Part shown: in pieces, positions 28,901 to 38,526 of the stretch
How the letters are laid out: each line of letters opens with the position of its first letter
Position numbering within the stretch: position 1 is the stretch's first letter
Program-made: the position numbers and the translations under genes
Virus record (IMG/VR): IMGVR_UViG_3300023174_000226
Span: 1-52,875 of that record
DNA from: a virus
Lineage: Duplodnaviria > Caudoviricetes
Reading direction: 5' to 3' (one strand)
Length of the DNA: 52,875 bases
Notes under the pieces: model-generated
What the model was told of the DNA's origin: nothing
Database searches by the model: none
What the model saw: only the letters and a program-made list of their open reading frames with translations

Positions 28901-30589
28901 GCAAAAACTCAGGGTATAGTTAAAGATTTTCTAAATGAGTCATATTATACAGAAACATCATATGCAAAACAAAATAAAGAAAGTTCTAACTCTGGAAGTA
29001 TTCAAGCATCAGCCCTAATATTAACAGGATATCAAGGATTGACAGACCCACTTGGCGTAATATCTTATGTTGCTACAAATGATTTAGATACCGCTATTTC
29101 TACTCAAAAAATAACATACGACCATTTTGGCACAAGAATGAGAATTATTGGAAAAATAGAAAATGCAGATATTTCTAGCAATTCAACAACACAGTTGCCA
29201 CTAGGTGCAATGACTATTGGTTCTGTTAAACCAGACCAGCCAGACCAAAGTAAATATCTTGCAGGTGCAGGTGGAGGTTTGGCTATTCGTGTTGATACAA
29301 CTACTAACGTCAATAATGGATATTACTTTGAAATTTCTGCTCTTTCACAAAATAGTGTAAATACAAATAGCACAGTGGCAAAGGCTCCAGTACAAAATGT
29401 TTTCTTTTACAAAATTAGAAAAGAAGTAGGAACATCTAAAGCAATTCCAATTTTGCTATGGTCAGGTCAGGCACCGATAACAGTGGACGATGGAGATTTT
29501 GTAGGCATGGCTAGGCTAAGTGCAGAAAAGAACCCAACAGTTTTTGACCTAGCAATTGAACAAGAAGTTATTTCTAAAACAAATCACAAGTTCTATCTTT
29601 ATATTAATAATGTTTTAATGGGTACTGCAACAGATACAGACCCAATTAAAATGAGTGATAAGAATAATAAGATGGCACTATTTGTTCGTGGAACATCAAA
29701 AGTAATGTTTGAACATATTTATGCATTGGCTAATAATCCAGAATATACTGCTACCCAAAAGAAAAAAGATGCACCTTTAAGAACTATATTTTCAGATGAG
29801 ACTTCGTACAATCCATCATTTTCAAAATATACTATTAATCCAGCGGTACAGCAAACGTATCTGTCAGCAATCAGTCCATCTAGTACACCAAAATACTTAA
29901 TGTATTACGATGAGTTTGGAACTATTATGCGTGAGTGTGCCTACTTTAATATTCGTTATGACAAATCCTACCCTGCAATATATTCAAAGATTTCACCTAC
30001 CTTTAACAATTTACAAGGATATTCTATTTCAGGATTTTTACCAAATGCCTACGGTGCAGAGTTCATGGTATTCAATACAACAGATTCTGCACTAAACTTA
30101 GATGAAACAAGTGGTAACTATCTAAGAATTCAAGGACTAGCATTTACACAACAGTCGCCACACGACCTTACTGTTGACGAATATTTTTCTAAGAATAGTG
30201 ATTATTCTAGTCCAAAATTAAATAGCACAGGCACTGTAAATGCACCATCAGTTTACGACAAACAGTTTATAGATATTCAAAATAGTAGAAACACATATGG
30301 TAAAAAAGACTTTACTTTAAATGGAGTATATATTCAAAACCAAGATGCAGCAAATAAACTAATGGAGTGGATGGTTGCCAAGGTAATGAAGCAACGTAAA
30401 TCAGTTGGTGTCAGTATTTTTGCTAATCCAATGATTCAATTAGGAGACATTGTTCAAATTGATTATGTAGATACTAGTGGTTATCGTCAAATTTCAGATG
30501 TGGATGCTAGATTTATAGTATATAATATTGAATATAATCGTACAAAGGACGGTCCAACAATGAATCTTTATTTGAGTGAGGTAGTGTAA
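25982..30589 (+). CDS. Large tail tip/hub protein
   Basis: 1535 aa; LNDLADSTQTAMFFDEYNNL and FANPMIQLGDIVQI are hub-like. Confidence 0.7.
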   Translation: MYNNATLKTYLEQNSTIKSQSVVLAEWNMNYAENIDKYGNYKNRPAVPAAASGSYVNETSATVTPTWYGFTDSSVVSSGGIYNATSAPYTFVNKNEKEELLYSLVDCFGKFRPRSGINKLRYFNSYYTHNSNSSMAKRPRFYISSKNDKFKYWTSCRIDTDGTMRGVAKTLKTGTEYYIDDAAPFVKYTNVVPANRLVVKMQTVVGEVNNGAYKNKSGTSLTDPFYENPSITLNTNLANQRTPLSWRIEYLDSSNNWQTAKSFTTSTRVINADGYVELAYGLHIGGVPIVQDATYGSIFTYFGELVSSAMLPLSATNGDGYLVPASGSAGTLYIWNAGIWNSFTPTYDWFLNSETLVTNTPRVTDMTLPPSYTISSVTHYREFQYIKGIRVVVDTVNKKDTTFDLIEMSPRLVVDLTDKTTDYSVKKVASDIGNTGIPVGQLLASTGTLNLFDYDEAFNYQNTDSIIYNTISQNIQIKFYESIIDANGVDYHVPLKTMYVEGFPQTNSEDRKISLTLRDLYFYFETSMAPQLLLKNVSLSAAVSILLDSIGFSNYYFKRIDGENDDVIPYFFVAPDTNVAQVLNDLADSTQTAMFFDEYNNLICMSKDYMMPKTTERSVDLTLYGSVDSAQSGPLKNSITSSNLSNIMGISSESNMVYNGGKISYTTRYIQKSYGTLREAALVNRDQVWKYKPVLLWEVAGTEALRSVNDEVANQSSYSLSAVTLNSDLIGSPPTVNSSNVIINNVMDFGPSVYWISRYKGYFYANGEIIKYDAVQYNVSAIGDVWISSVQDYQYYFSKLPFGGKMFPTGNVRIYCEPSYEVDGITPTIGEVLKHGRAQFGTKIVKHTAGFASDSHWTNSANVYNMRMEDQYIFSNPYQKTEYKVSPNSTHSSGDTTFVLAQNTTGLQAGYYVSGTNVPSGTKIKTVTHSSRTIELTAAITGTITASTTLTISDLSLAGVEAGSAGVIGSTYNAKTQGIVKDFLNESYYTETSYAKQNKESSNSGSIQASALILTGYQGLTDPLGVISYVATNDLDTAISTQKITYDHFGTRMRIIGKIENADISSNSTTQLPLGAMTIGSVKPDQPDQSKYLAGAGGGLAIRVDTTTNVNNGYYFEISALSQNSVNTNSTVAKAPVQNVFFYKIRKEVGTSKAIPILLWSGQAPITVDDGDFVGMARLSAEKNPTVFDLAIEQEVISKTNHKFYLYINNVLMGTATDTDPIKMSDKNNKMALFVRGTSKVMFEHIYALANNPEYTATQKKKDAPLRTIFSDETSYNPSFSKYTINPAVQQTYLSAISPSSTPKYLMYYDEFGTIMRECAYFNIRYDKSYPAIYSKISPTFNNLQGYSISGFLPNAYGAEFMVFNTTDSALNLDETSGNYLRIQGLAFTQQSPHDLTVDEYFSKNSDYSSPKLNSTGTVNAPSVYDKQFIDIQNSRNTYGKKDFTLNGVYIQNQDAANKLMEWMVAKVMKQRKSVGVSIFANPMIQLGDIVQIDYVDTSGYRQISDVDARFIVYNIEYNRTKDGPTMNLYLSEVV

Positions 30590-31341
30590 TGTCAAAACCA
30601 AAATCTAAACCAGACCCAGTTCCCAAACTATTTGCATATGGTGCACAAGAGGCAGTTAAAATTGCTACATCAAATTTGTTTATAGATAAAGATACTCAAG
30701 ACATAGACTACATGACTGGATTAATTTTTGAAGACATTGGCGGTATGGAACTAAGCAATCTTGTTAGATATGATGAAATAAATACTACAGAAACTGCTTA
30801 TAGCGTAGTTTCCAATACAAACAAAGTTGCAAACCAAGTAAAATTAGACTTTAACCTGTCACCGTCAAACAATAACTCTATTGATTTAAATGATTATATA
30901 AATAAAAATATTGTTAATTTAGATGTTATTGCTGTGTCTCAATCCTCTTGGGGACCAGGAGCCACTTCTGGATATAAAACTTATTATGTAAATCAAGATT
31001 TGTCTAATTATAGTATATCAAGTAATTTTAATATTACTATATCAAATATTGGAACTATCTCTGGGACGCAATTTGATGCAAGTGATATACGATTAATTGA
31101 AGTTGGAAAAGGATATTTTAAAACATATGGTGGCTATACCACTGTAAGTAAAACAAATGTTTCAGGCAAAGCCCAACTTTCAGATTATGTTCCAGTATAT
31201 TATGAATCATTGTTATATAATAATTTAATTTTTAATGAAAATTATTCAAACATTACAATAGAAATATATAACAACTATAACGAATATCAAGTAGAGGTAG
31301 AGTTTGTAGAGTATGATGACATAGAGGCAGCCGAAACATGA
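30589..31341 (+). CDS. Putative minor tail protein
   Basis: Tail-module synteny. Confidence 0.55.
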   Translation: MSKPKSKPDPVPKLFAYGAQEAVKIATSNLFIDKDTQDIDYMTGLIFEDIGGMELSNLVRYDEINTTETAYSVVSNTNKVANQVKLDFNLSPSNNNSIDLNDYINKNIVNLDVIAVSQSSWGPGATSGYKTYYVNQDLSNYSISSNFNITISNIGTISGTQFDASDIRLIEVGKGYFKTYGGYTTVSKTNVSGKAQLSDYVPVYYESLLYNNLIFNENYSNITIEIYNNYNEYQVEVEFVEYDDIEAAET

Positions 31342-31362
31342 TAGAATGGTATTGGTGAAAAT

Positions 31363-32700
31363 ATGATTACAAATTTTGGTAAAAACATGATATCCAAGTA
31401 CTTGCTTGGACAGATAGATAGTTACGCTAACTATATTGCTATTGGAACAGGTGGCATAACAGCAACAGCAACCCAACAATCTTTAAATTTTGAGGCAGCC
31501 AGATATCCAGTAATATCAAAAGGATTAACTGTAGATTCCAATGGTAATAGACAATTAGTGTTTACAGCACAGATTGATAGTTTGGATAGATTTGATATTA
31601 CAGAAATTGGTTTGTATCCTGCCGCATATGACTCATTGCTTTCAAACTCTGTTGGTAGCAAAATGCTTCTAGATTTTTCTATTAATGAGTTGTGGTCATA
31701 CAATGACGCATCAACCTACAACTCACCACTAACGTTTATATCTAATCCATTAGACTATGGGAATACTACAGGTGCACTTGATGCTCAGACGGACGGTGCC
31801 ACGACACTAAAGGCTTACTCTTTTGATGCCAGTAACTCATTTTTTAATAATTCATATTATCAAACAACAAGATTTGCAAGACATGAAAGACCAAAAATAT
31901 TAGATAGTGCATTTTTAATTCTTGGAGACATGTCAACAACATACAATACTGGAAAATATGTAGAACTAACTGGTTTTAAAAATGCAACAGATTTAGACAA
32001 TGCCTCAACATCTGTAGACGAATTGAGGGTAGCGTTTAATGTTATAAATTCTACAACATTAACAAGTCCTCCTAGTGCTGGAGTACAGTTTACAATAAGG
32101 TTTATGACTAATGATGGACAAACATATAGGGAATATGTATTTGATACAACAAATACTATAAATAGCAATACAACTTGGGTTAAAAATATCAAAAGTGATA
32201 GCACAATAAATACACATACTCCAACTGGAACAACAAATATAACTATTACCACAGCATCATCACATAGTTTTTCTGTAGGAGAAAATGTTGTTCTTAGGGG
32301 AATAACACCATCTGGATATAATGGTACTTGGGTAACTCAAACTGGAACTACAGGAAGTACACTTGTTTTAAATATTGGTTCTAACCCAGGAGCCATAACT
32401 ACTTCAGGAACCGCATCTTCTCCTAGATACCTTATTGGAAAACAAACATTAGATAAAGGAACATCTAATGGAGATTTTAAATGGTCAGCAGTCAATACTG
32501 TAAAAATTTATGCTAAAGCAAATGACTCAACTTCTAATGCAAATTATGCAATTATTTTTGACGCACTAAGGTTTGAAAATAATTCAACAACCAACCCACT
32601 ATATGGTTTAATTGGATACTCAGTTCCATTAACAAATATTGTAAAAGCCAGCGATACTCTAGGTCTTGTAGAATTTAGATTTAATCTTGGAGTGGCATAA
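31363..32700 (+). CDS. Putative baseplate/fibre-attachment protein
   Basis: MITNFGK..YIAIGTG..ITEIGLY resembles tail-collar/fibre N-termini. Confidence 0.6.
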   Translation: MITNFGKNMISKYLLGQIDSYANYIAIGTGGITATATQQSLNFEAARYPVISKGLTVDSNGNRQLVFTAQIDSLDRFDITEIGLYPAAYDSLLSNSVGSKMLLDFSINELWSYNDASTYNSPLTFISNPLDYGNTTGALDAQTDGATTLKAYSFDASNSFFNNSYYQTTRFARHERPKILDSAFLILGDMSTTYNTGKYVELTGFKNATDLDNASTSVDELRVAFNVINSTTLTSPPSAGVQFTIRFMTNDGQTYREYVFDTTNTINSNTTWVKNIKSDSTINTHTPTGTTNITITTASSHSFSVGENVVLRGITPSGYNGTWVTQTGTTGSTLVLNIGSNPGAITTSGTASSPRYLIGKQTLDKGTSNGDFKWSAVNTVKIYAKANDSTSNANYAIIFDALRFENNSTTNPLYGLIGYSVPLTNIVKASDTLGLVEFRFNLGVA

Positions 32701-33824
32701 TGATTACAAAAGTATCAATTCCATTAGAAGATGTTCCATATAGTGGAGCAGACAAAAAAGTTAGATTAAGATATAGATTAGTTTCTAAAGATAAAAATGA
32801 AACATCTCAATGGTCATCTATTTATACAATAAATCCAGAAGAAGTACAGCCCATAACTGTTAATGATATTTATTCAAATCCAGTTTTTTATTCTGGATGG
32901 ACCCCAACATCGTATACGGATGAGGATAATTTGTTTATTAATTTTGATGGTGGATGGATAAATAATAAAAGATTAATTCCATACAAAAATTTTGATGCCT
33001 TTGTTAGTTGGAATTTTGCAGACTCAATTATAAATATTCCAAAACAAACTCCAACTCTTGCAGGTACAATAATAACTTTAACAACTTCTGTGACACACAA
33101 TATTAGAGTAGGTAAAACAATAATTATTTCTGGAGTTACACCAGATGCTTATAATGGTACTTGGGTAACTAAAAGTGGAACTACAGGAACAACTATTAAA
33201 ATAGATATTGGTTTTAATCCTGGTCCAATAACGATTGTTGGAACTATTGATATAGTTGAAAGATGGGGCTACGAAGTTTCAAAAAATGCAACAATTGAAG
33301 CAAGTAGTATTACCACTCCAAGTGGATATTATACATTTGCAACATTAACAAATATTGATACAAAAAATTTAAACACTCAAGATTTGATTAAAGGAAAACC
33401 AGGAAGTTTTGCTCTAGTGCCAGATAATGGAACACTAGGTGGAACTGCCACAAGCACAACAATTACAAAACTTTCAAATAACACAATAAATGTTTTAACA
33501 TATGACCCTACAGGTACAAGCCCAGATATTGTTGCTGGAACAATTGTTAGTATATCAAAATTTTCAGCAACAAATAAATCTTATGGTTATGCTGGTTCTT
33601 CGGCAGATAATGGTCAAATTGTTGTAAAAATTCCAAAACAAATATATACGGATAATAATGTTATTCAATATAAATATTACTTAGTTCCAAGAACTAATCC
33701 ACCAACACTGTTAGATACAAGTGTGGCACGAAATTATGTATATTTATCACCAAATTTAACAACAAAGCCAACATTACAAATAAGTTCATTGGACAATACA
33801 ATTGATGGCGGAAGTCCAAGTTAG
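32700..33824 (+). CDS. Putative minor tail protein
   Basis: Beta-rich; shares a module with the 31363 ORF. Confidence 0.55.
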   Translation: MITKVSIPLEDVPYSGADKKVRLRYRLVSKDKNETSQWSSIYTINPEEVQPITVNDIYSNPVFYSGWTPTSYTDEDNLFINFDGGWINNKRLIPYKNFDAFVSWNFADSIINIPKQTPTLAGTIITLTTSVTHNIRVGKTIIISGVTPDAYNGTWVTKSGTTGTTIKIDIGFNPGPITIVGTIDIVERWGYEVSKNATIEASSITTPSGYYTFATLTNIDTKNLNTQDLIKGKPGSFALVPDNGTLGGTATSTTITKLSNNTINVLTYDPTGTSPDIVAGTIVSISKFSATNKSYGYAGSSADNGQIVVKIPKQIYTDNNVIQYKYYLVPRTNPPTLLDTSVARNYVYLSPNLTTKPTLQISSLDNTIDGGSPS

Positions 33825-33833
33825 TGGTATAAT
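33825..33833 (+). promoter_or_regulatory. Extended -10, leaderless
   Basis: TGGTATAAT 6 nt before ATG 33840. Confidence 0.7.
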
Positions 33834-33839
33834 AGATAT

Positions 33840-34277
33840 ATGGCTACCGTACCTACACTACCGCAATTGGGACAACCAATAGATGTCCAGTATTTATATG
33901 ACATTGTTCAATCACTTATTAGCATAAATAGTGAGTTGGCAAGAAAAACTTCTGCTACCGCATATGTTGATAACGGAATAAATAAAGATTCTACTAAGAA
34001 AACATCTGACCTATCCCTATCAGCAACGACAACTAGCGTATCAACAAATCAAAAGGTGACTGTGAATCAAACAATTACTAAAGTCATTCCTTTGCAAATT
34101 TCCTTTAAGTTTCCTCCTGTTGTCACAGTAACACCAGTTTCTAAGAATAACGCCAATATAACTGTCATCATTAATAGCGTTGATAGCAAATCCGTAACTT
34201 GCACATTGATTTTTAACCAAGCAGGAACAGCAACAGTTGACCTAAATGTTATTGCTGTTGGCATTCCGTCTGAATAG
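33840..34277 (+). CDS. Small fibre-like protein (H-type lectin/gp53-like C-terminus)
   Basis: SFKFPPVVTVTP...LNVIAVG pattern. Confidence 0.55.
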   Translation: MATVPTLPQLGQPIDVQYLYDIVQSLISINSELARKTSATAYVDNGINKDSTKKTSDLSLSATTTSVSTNQKVTVNQTITKVIPLQISFKFPPVVTVTPVSKNNANITVIINSVDSKSVTCTLIFNQAGTATVDLNVIAVGIPSE

Positions 34278-34283
34278 GATATT

Positions 34284-34814
34284 ATGGCTGCTTTAACAAT
34301 GGAGCAATACAACGCTGCCCCTGTAATTCCAGGTAGCAAGAAAGTTTGGTTTCTAAACGGAAGCCTTGTCCGTGTCTATCACATGAATAACTCTAATGGT
34401 ATAATGTCTGTTTATAATATTACACTTGACCAAATAGAAAGTTGTTTAGTTAGTGATTTTAAAAAGAATAGACAACGAGCATATACCGTAGGAGAGGCTG
34501 CAAGCCTCGTAAACAGGCATAAAAAGTATATGCCAGCCTTAATGCTAAAAGGCATTATTCCCTTCCCTATGGGGTCACAGAAGGGCGGAGAGAGGGGCTG
34601 GCAGGTCCGTTCTTACTATTCTGAATCACAGGTAAGAGAAATTCGTGATATACTTGCTTCCTACCACCACGGTAGACCAAGAAAAGATAAACTAATAACC
34701 AACGATGTGACACCTACAAAACAAGAGTTGACAAGACGTATGGGCGATGGTATACTGGTTTATACAAAGACGGATGATGGCAGATTTGTGCCCATCTGGA
34801 ATGAATCAATTTAG
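34284..34814 (+). CDS. MerR-like HTH DNA-binding protein
   Basis: YTVGEAASLVNR...KGIIP...RSYYSESQVREIRDIL. Confidence 0.65.
   Translation: MAALTMEQYNAAPVIPGSKKVWFLNGSLVRVYHMNNSNGIMSVYNITLDQIESCLVSDFKKNRQRAYTVGEAASLVNRHKKYMPALMLKGIIPFPMGSQKGGERGWQVRSYYSESQVREIRDILASYHHGRPRKDKLITNDVTPTKQELTRRMGDGILVYTKTDDGRFVPIWNESI
34728..34756 (+). promoter_or_regulatory. Consensus sigma70 promoter inside a CDS
   Basis: TTGACA-17 nt-TATACT with extended TG. Confidence 0.8.
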
Positions 34815-34836
34815 TGTTCTTGAAAGGACAAAGGGT

Positions 34837-35046
34837 ATGAATAATGATGAGACTAAGGTTACAGTAGGGCTAGGCTACACGCTTAATCTGGGTAACTTTC
34901 AATCGCTTCGCATTGACTTATCTGTATCGGATAACAAGCGTAATGGCGAAACTACTAGTGATGCGTTTGAACGTGTCTATGCTTTTGTTGAAGCAAAGTT
35001 GGCTGAAAAAGTCAAGGAATCTGTAGAAGAGACAGAGAATAAGTAA
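34837..35046 (+). CDS. Hypothetical protein
   Basis: MNNDETKVTVGLGYTLNLGNFQSLRID; ATG 34837 follows GAAAGGA. Confidence 0.75.
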   Translation: MNNDETKVTVGLGYTLNLGNFQSLRIDLSVSDNKRNGETTSDAFERVYAFVEAKLAEKVKESVEETENK

Positions 35047-35354
35047 TGGCTGACCGCAAAGACCGCATGGCTTTGCTTAGTCGTTACAGTAAACTCCATA
35101 CTGCAAAGTACGAAGAAAAGCCTTCCCTAAATTTAAATGTTGAGCAATGGGCTGCAGATGCACTCATTGAATCTTATGGTATGCCAGAATGCTATGAATT
35201 GCTTGCATACTATTTCGATGTAGCAGAAAATCCATCTTGGAAGTATTTTGCAAATTATGCAGACCACATTGTTTACAAGCGTAAGCAAGTGCAACAAGAT
35301 AATAAAGAACGAGCAGAACGTAGACTTAAGGCGAAAGAGTGGCTAAGTGAATAA
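35046..35354 (+). CDS. Hypothetical protein
   Basis: Translationally coupled between its neighbours. Confidence 0.75.
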   Translation: MADRKDRMALLSRYSKLHTAKYEEKPSLNLNVEQWAADALIESYGMPECYELLAYYFDVAENPSWKYFANYADHIVYKRKQVQQDNKERAERRLKAKEWLSE

Positions 35355-36567
35355 TACAGAATCAAAACTAATCTCTGCTGTATTGGCAGACAAACAAGTA
35401 CACGTTTTGCTACAAGCAAATGTGGATAATATCCTAAGAACCCATAACGACATTTGGACTTTTATCCGCAACTATTCTGAGACTAATGGTACTGTGCCAC
35501 CAGTATCTTTGGTTATAGATAAATTCCGTGACTTTGCTCCTGTGGATAGTGTTGGTGCTACCAAGTATCACCTAGAAGAACTACAAGCAGAATTTTTAAA
35601 TGATAGTCTTAAAGATGTTCTTAGAACTACTGCTTCGGATGTTCAGGCAGGTCAGGGTACTAAAGCACTAGAAGACTTAATCCAGAAGACATCAGAACTA
35701 AAAAAGAATACAGCAGTTATCCGTGACATTGATGCTACTGATATTGATTCTGCTGTTGCATACTTTGAAAACTTGGCTAGACAGCAAGAACTAGGTTCTA
35801 TTGGTATTAAAACTGGGCTACCTGGGTTTGATAATTATCTTCCTGCTGGAATTACCCCAGGACAGTTGGGTGTGTTCCTTGCTTATCCAGGAATTGGTAA
35901 GTCTTGGTTTGCTCTTTATATGGCGGTACAAGCATGGAAGCAAGGTAAGTCACCACTAATTATTTCTCTTGAAATGTCTGAGACAGAAGTTCGTAACCGT
36001 GTATTTGCTATCATGGGCGAAGGTCTTTGGTCACATCGTAAACTTAGTAATGGTCAGGTAGAGATTGCAGATTTGAAACGCTGGCATGCAAAAGAACTTG
36101 CTGGTAAACCAGAATTTCATATTATTTCTAACGACAATGGTGGAGAAGTTACACCATCAGTTATCCGTGGTAAGATTGACCAGTACAAGCCAGACCTAGT
36201 AATCGTAGACTATCTACAGTTGATGTCTCCTAACCAAAAATCTGATAATGAGACTGTTCGTATGAAGAATCTTTCTCGTGAACTTAAATTGATGGCTATT
36301 TCAGAAGAAATGCCTATCATTGCTATCTCGTCTGCTACGCCAGATGACGTTACAAAACTAGACACGGTGCCTACTCTTGGTCAGACTGCTTGGTCTCGCC
36401 AGATTGCCTACGATGCTGACTGGGTTCTAGCCCTAGGTCGTGCCACAAACTCAGATATTCTAGAGTGTGTATTCCGTAAGAACCGTAATGGCTTTATGGG
36501 TGAATTCCTAGTTCAGGTTGATTTTGACAAGGGCTACTATCGTTATAAGGATTTTGAAGATAACTAG
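35347..36567 (+). CDS. dnaB: Replicative helicase, DnaB family
   Basis: AYPGIGKS, ISLEMS, IVDYLQLM, LSRELK, YDAD, KNRNG. Confidence 0.93.
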   Translation: MNNTESKLISAVLADKQVHVLLQANVDNILRTHNDIWTFIRNYSETNGTVPPVSLVIDKFRDFAPVDSVGATKYHLEELQAEFLNDSLKDVLRTTASDVQAGQGTKALEDLIQKTSELKKNTAVIRDIDATDIDSAVAYFENLARQQELGSIGIKTGLPGFDNYLPAGITPGQLGVFLAYPGIGKSWFALYMAVQAWKQGKSPLIISLEMSETEVRNRVFAIMGEGLWSHRKLSNGQVEIADLKRWHAKELAGKPEFHIISNDNGGEVTPSVIRGKIDQYKPDLVIVDYLQLMSPNQKSDNETVRMKNLSRELKLMAISEEMPIIAISSATPDDVTKLDTVPTLGQTAWSRQIAYDADWVLALGRATNSDILECVFRKNRNGFMGEFLVQVDFDKGYYRYKDFEDN

Positions 36568-36579
36568 TTATAATAGAGT

Positions 36580-36924
36580 GTGGAGAATATATATCACAGA
36601 CCTATTAAGAACTTTACCTTTGACGGTATCATCAAGAATGATGCTGCTATTGGAAGACTTCGTTTAGAACTTGTGAGACTAAAAGCACTTGAGATGTGTG
36701 AACTGGGGTATGTGCCAAGACTTGACATAGACCCACAGTTTACGATAAAATATAATAACGAAAAAGATTACTATGAATTTACACTTACAGTATATGGAAC
36801 ATACATAGGAAAGAATAAAGCATTATGGATACAAGGTATAGAAGGAACTCAAATGGTTCCTACTCAAAAGAACAAATTAAGCGAGTTATTGCAGGGTCAG
36901 GCATCACAATCGAATCGGAAGTAG
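36580..36924 (+). CDS. Hypothetical protein, leaderless
   Basis: TATAAT 36569-36574, 5 nt before GTG. Confidence 0.65.
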   Translation: MENIYHRPIKNFTFDGIIKNDAAIGRLRLELVRLKALEMCELGYVPRLDIDPQFTIKYNNEKDYYEFTLTVYGTYIGKNKALWIQGIEGTQMVPTQKNKLSELLQGQASQSNRK

Positions 36925-37769
36925 ATTCTGATTTTATTATCTTCTGTCCTTTTCATAATAACTATCGTTCACCTGCTGGGGAAGTAGATAAAAACTCTGG
37001 ACTATTCTTTTGTTTTTCTTGTCAGCATGTTTGTGACCTTGTTGCTTTAATTATGCATACATCTGGTCGTAGTTATTTTGAATCTGTTCGTTACATTAAG
37101 TCTAAAGAAACCGAGATTGATTTGTCGTATCAGATTAATCAGACACTTGTAGAGAAACCAGACTATGTTCCATATGACGAGTTGCAAATTAAGAGATTAA
37201 ATCAACAAGCATTGGAAGCACCTAGAGCAACAAGATACTATGATGGTAGACTAATTAGTGAAGCATCTATCAAGAAGTTTCAACTTGGCTTTTCTGAGAA
37301 ACAAGATATGGTAACTATTCCTGTTCATTCACCAGATGGAATTTCTGTTGGCTTTGTTGGTCGTTCAATTGAAGGCAAGGAGTTTAAGAATACTCCAGGA
37401 CTTCCAAAAGCAAAAGTTTTATTCAATTTACATCGTGTCAAAACTGCTGGAAAAGTTTATGTAGTTGAATCATCATTTGATGCTATCCGTTTAGACCAAT
37501 GTGGTTTTCCAGCAGTAGCAACATTGGGTGCAAATGTATCCAATTTCCAAACAGACCTACTCGGAAAGTACTTCAATAACATTATTGTCATTGCTGATAA
37601 TGACGAGGCTGGCGGTAATATGAAAGATAAGATTGTTGAACGTCTTGGCTCTCGTGTTACTGTTATTAAAATAGATAAACAATATAAGGATATTGGCGAT
37701 ATGTCAGATGAAGCAATAAAAAATATTGACGAATCATTTGACAAAACTATTGCCAGTATGCTAAACTAG
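36825..37769 (+). CDS. dnaG: DNA primase (CHC2 zinc finger + TOPRIM)
   Basis: CPFH..FFCFSC, GFVGRSI, VVESSFDA, ADNDEAG, KDIGD. Confidence 0.92.
   Translation: MDTRYRRNSNGSYSKEQIKRVIAGSGITIESEVDSDFIIFCPFHNNYRSPAGEVDKNSGLFFCFSCQHVCDLVALIMHTSGRSYFESVRYIKSKETEIDLSYQINQTLVEKPDYVPYDELQIKRLNQQALEAPRATRYYDGRLISEASIKKFQLGFSEKQDMVTIPVHSPDGISVGFVGRSIEGKEFKNTPGLPKAKVLFNLHRVKTAGKVYVVESSFDAIRLDQCGFPAVATLGANVSNFQTDLLGKYFNNIIVIADNDEAGGNMKDKIVERLGSRVTVIKIDKQYKDIGDMSDEAIKNIDESFDKTIASMLN
37738..37767 (+). promoter_or_regulatory. Promoter in the primase 3' end
   Basis: TTGACA-18 nt-TAAACT with extended TG. Confidence 0.6.
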
Positions 37770-37800
37770 TATACCGCTAAGAAAACATAAGGAGAATATT

Positions 37801-38454
37801 ATGAGCGTAATCAAAGGGCTAAAAGATATCGGTGCAATTATGGATAAGCCTAAATATGAAAACAATGGTCAAAAGGTTCGTTGGGTCAAGTTGGCTGACG
37901 GACAATCTGCAAAGGTTCGCTTCGTTGAAGAACTGGATACAGATTCAGCAAACTACGATGAAAGTCGTGGTCTATCTGTGGTAATCGCAGAACACACTAA
38001 TCCAAAGGATTACAAGCGTAAGGCAGTATGTACACTCGATTCCGAGGGTCGTTGCTACGGTTGTGAAATGGCTCGTAAAGAGCCAAAGGGCGGATGGCGT
38101 TCACGTCTTCGCTGGTATGGTAACGTTATCGTTGATGACGGTACTGAAGCACCTTATGTGGCTGTATGGTCACAGGGTATCTCAAAGCAGTCTGCTTTCG
38201 GAAATCTCCGTGAGTATGCAATTGAGACAGGTTCTATCTCTAACCTAGAGTGGAAGATTAAGCGTAATGGTCAGGGAACTGAAACCAACTACACCTTGCT
38301 TCCAACTAAACCAGATACAGAACCATTCAACTTCTCTGGCATTGAGCCTTTCAATCTTGAAAAGGTTGTCCGTGAAGTTGCATATGCAGAGCAGGAGAAT
38401 TTCTACTTCGGCTTTGATGCACCATCTGTTACTTCTAGTAACATTGACTGGTAA
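37801..38454 (+). CDS. Phage ssDNA-binding protein (gp32-like)
   Basis: WVKLADGQSAKVRF, Cys cluster CTLDSEGRCYGC, KIKRNGQGTETNY; strong SD. Confidence 0.75.
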   Translation: MSVIKGLKDIGAIMDKPKYENNGQKVRWVKLADGQSAKVRFVEELDTDSANYDESRGLSVVIAEHTNPKDYKRKAVCTLDSEGRCYGCEMARKEPKGGWRSRLRWYGNVIVDDGTEAPYVAVWSQGISKQSAFGNLREYAIETGSISNLEWKIKRNGQGTETNYTLLPTKPDTEPFNFSGIEPFNLEKVVREVAYAEQENFYFGFDAPSVTSSNIDW

Positions 38455-38462
38455 AAACTAAT

Positions 38463-38502
38463 TGATGGGGGTAGGTGGTTCGCTATCTGCCCCCATTATT
38501 CA
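38463..38502 (+). terminator. Strong hairpin/terminator between SSB and dnaE
   Basis: TGATGGGGGTAGGTGG-ttcg-CTATCTGCCCCCATTA; weak U tract. Confidence 0.7.
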
Positions 38503-38526
38503 TCTTTAACTTTAAGGAAATAATTT

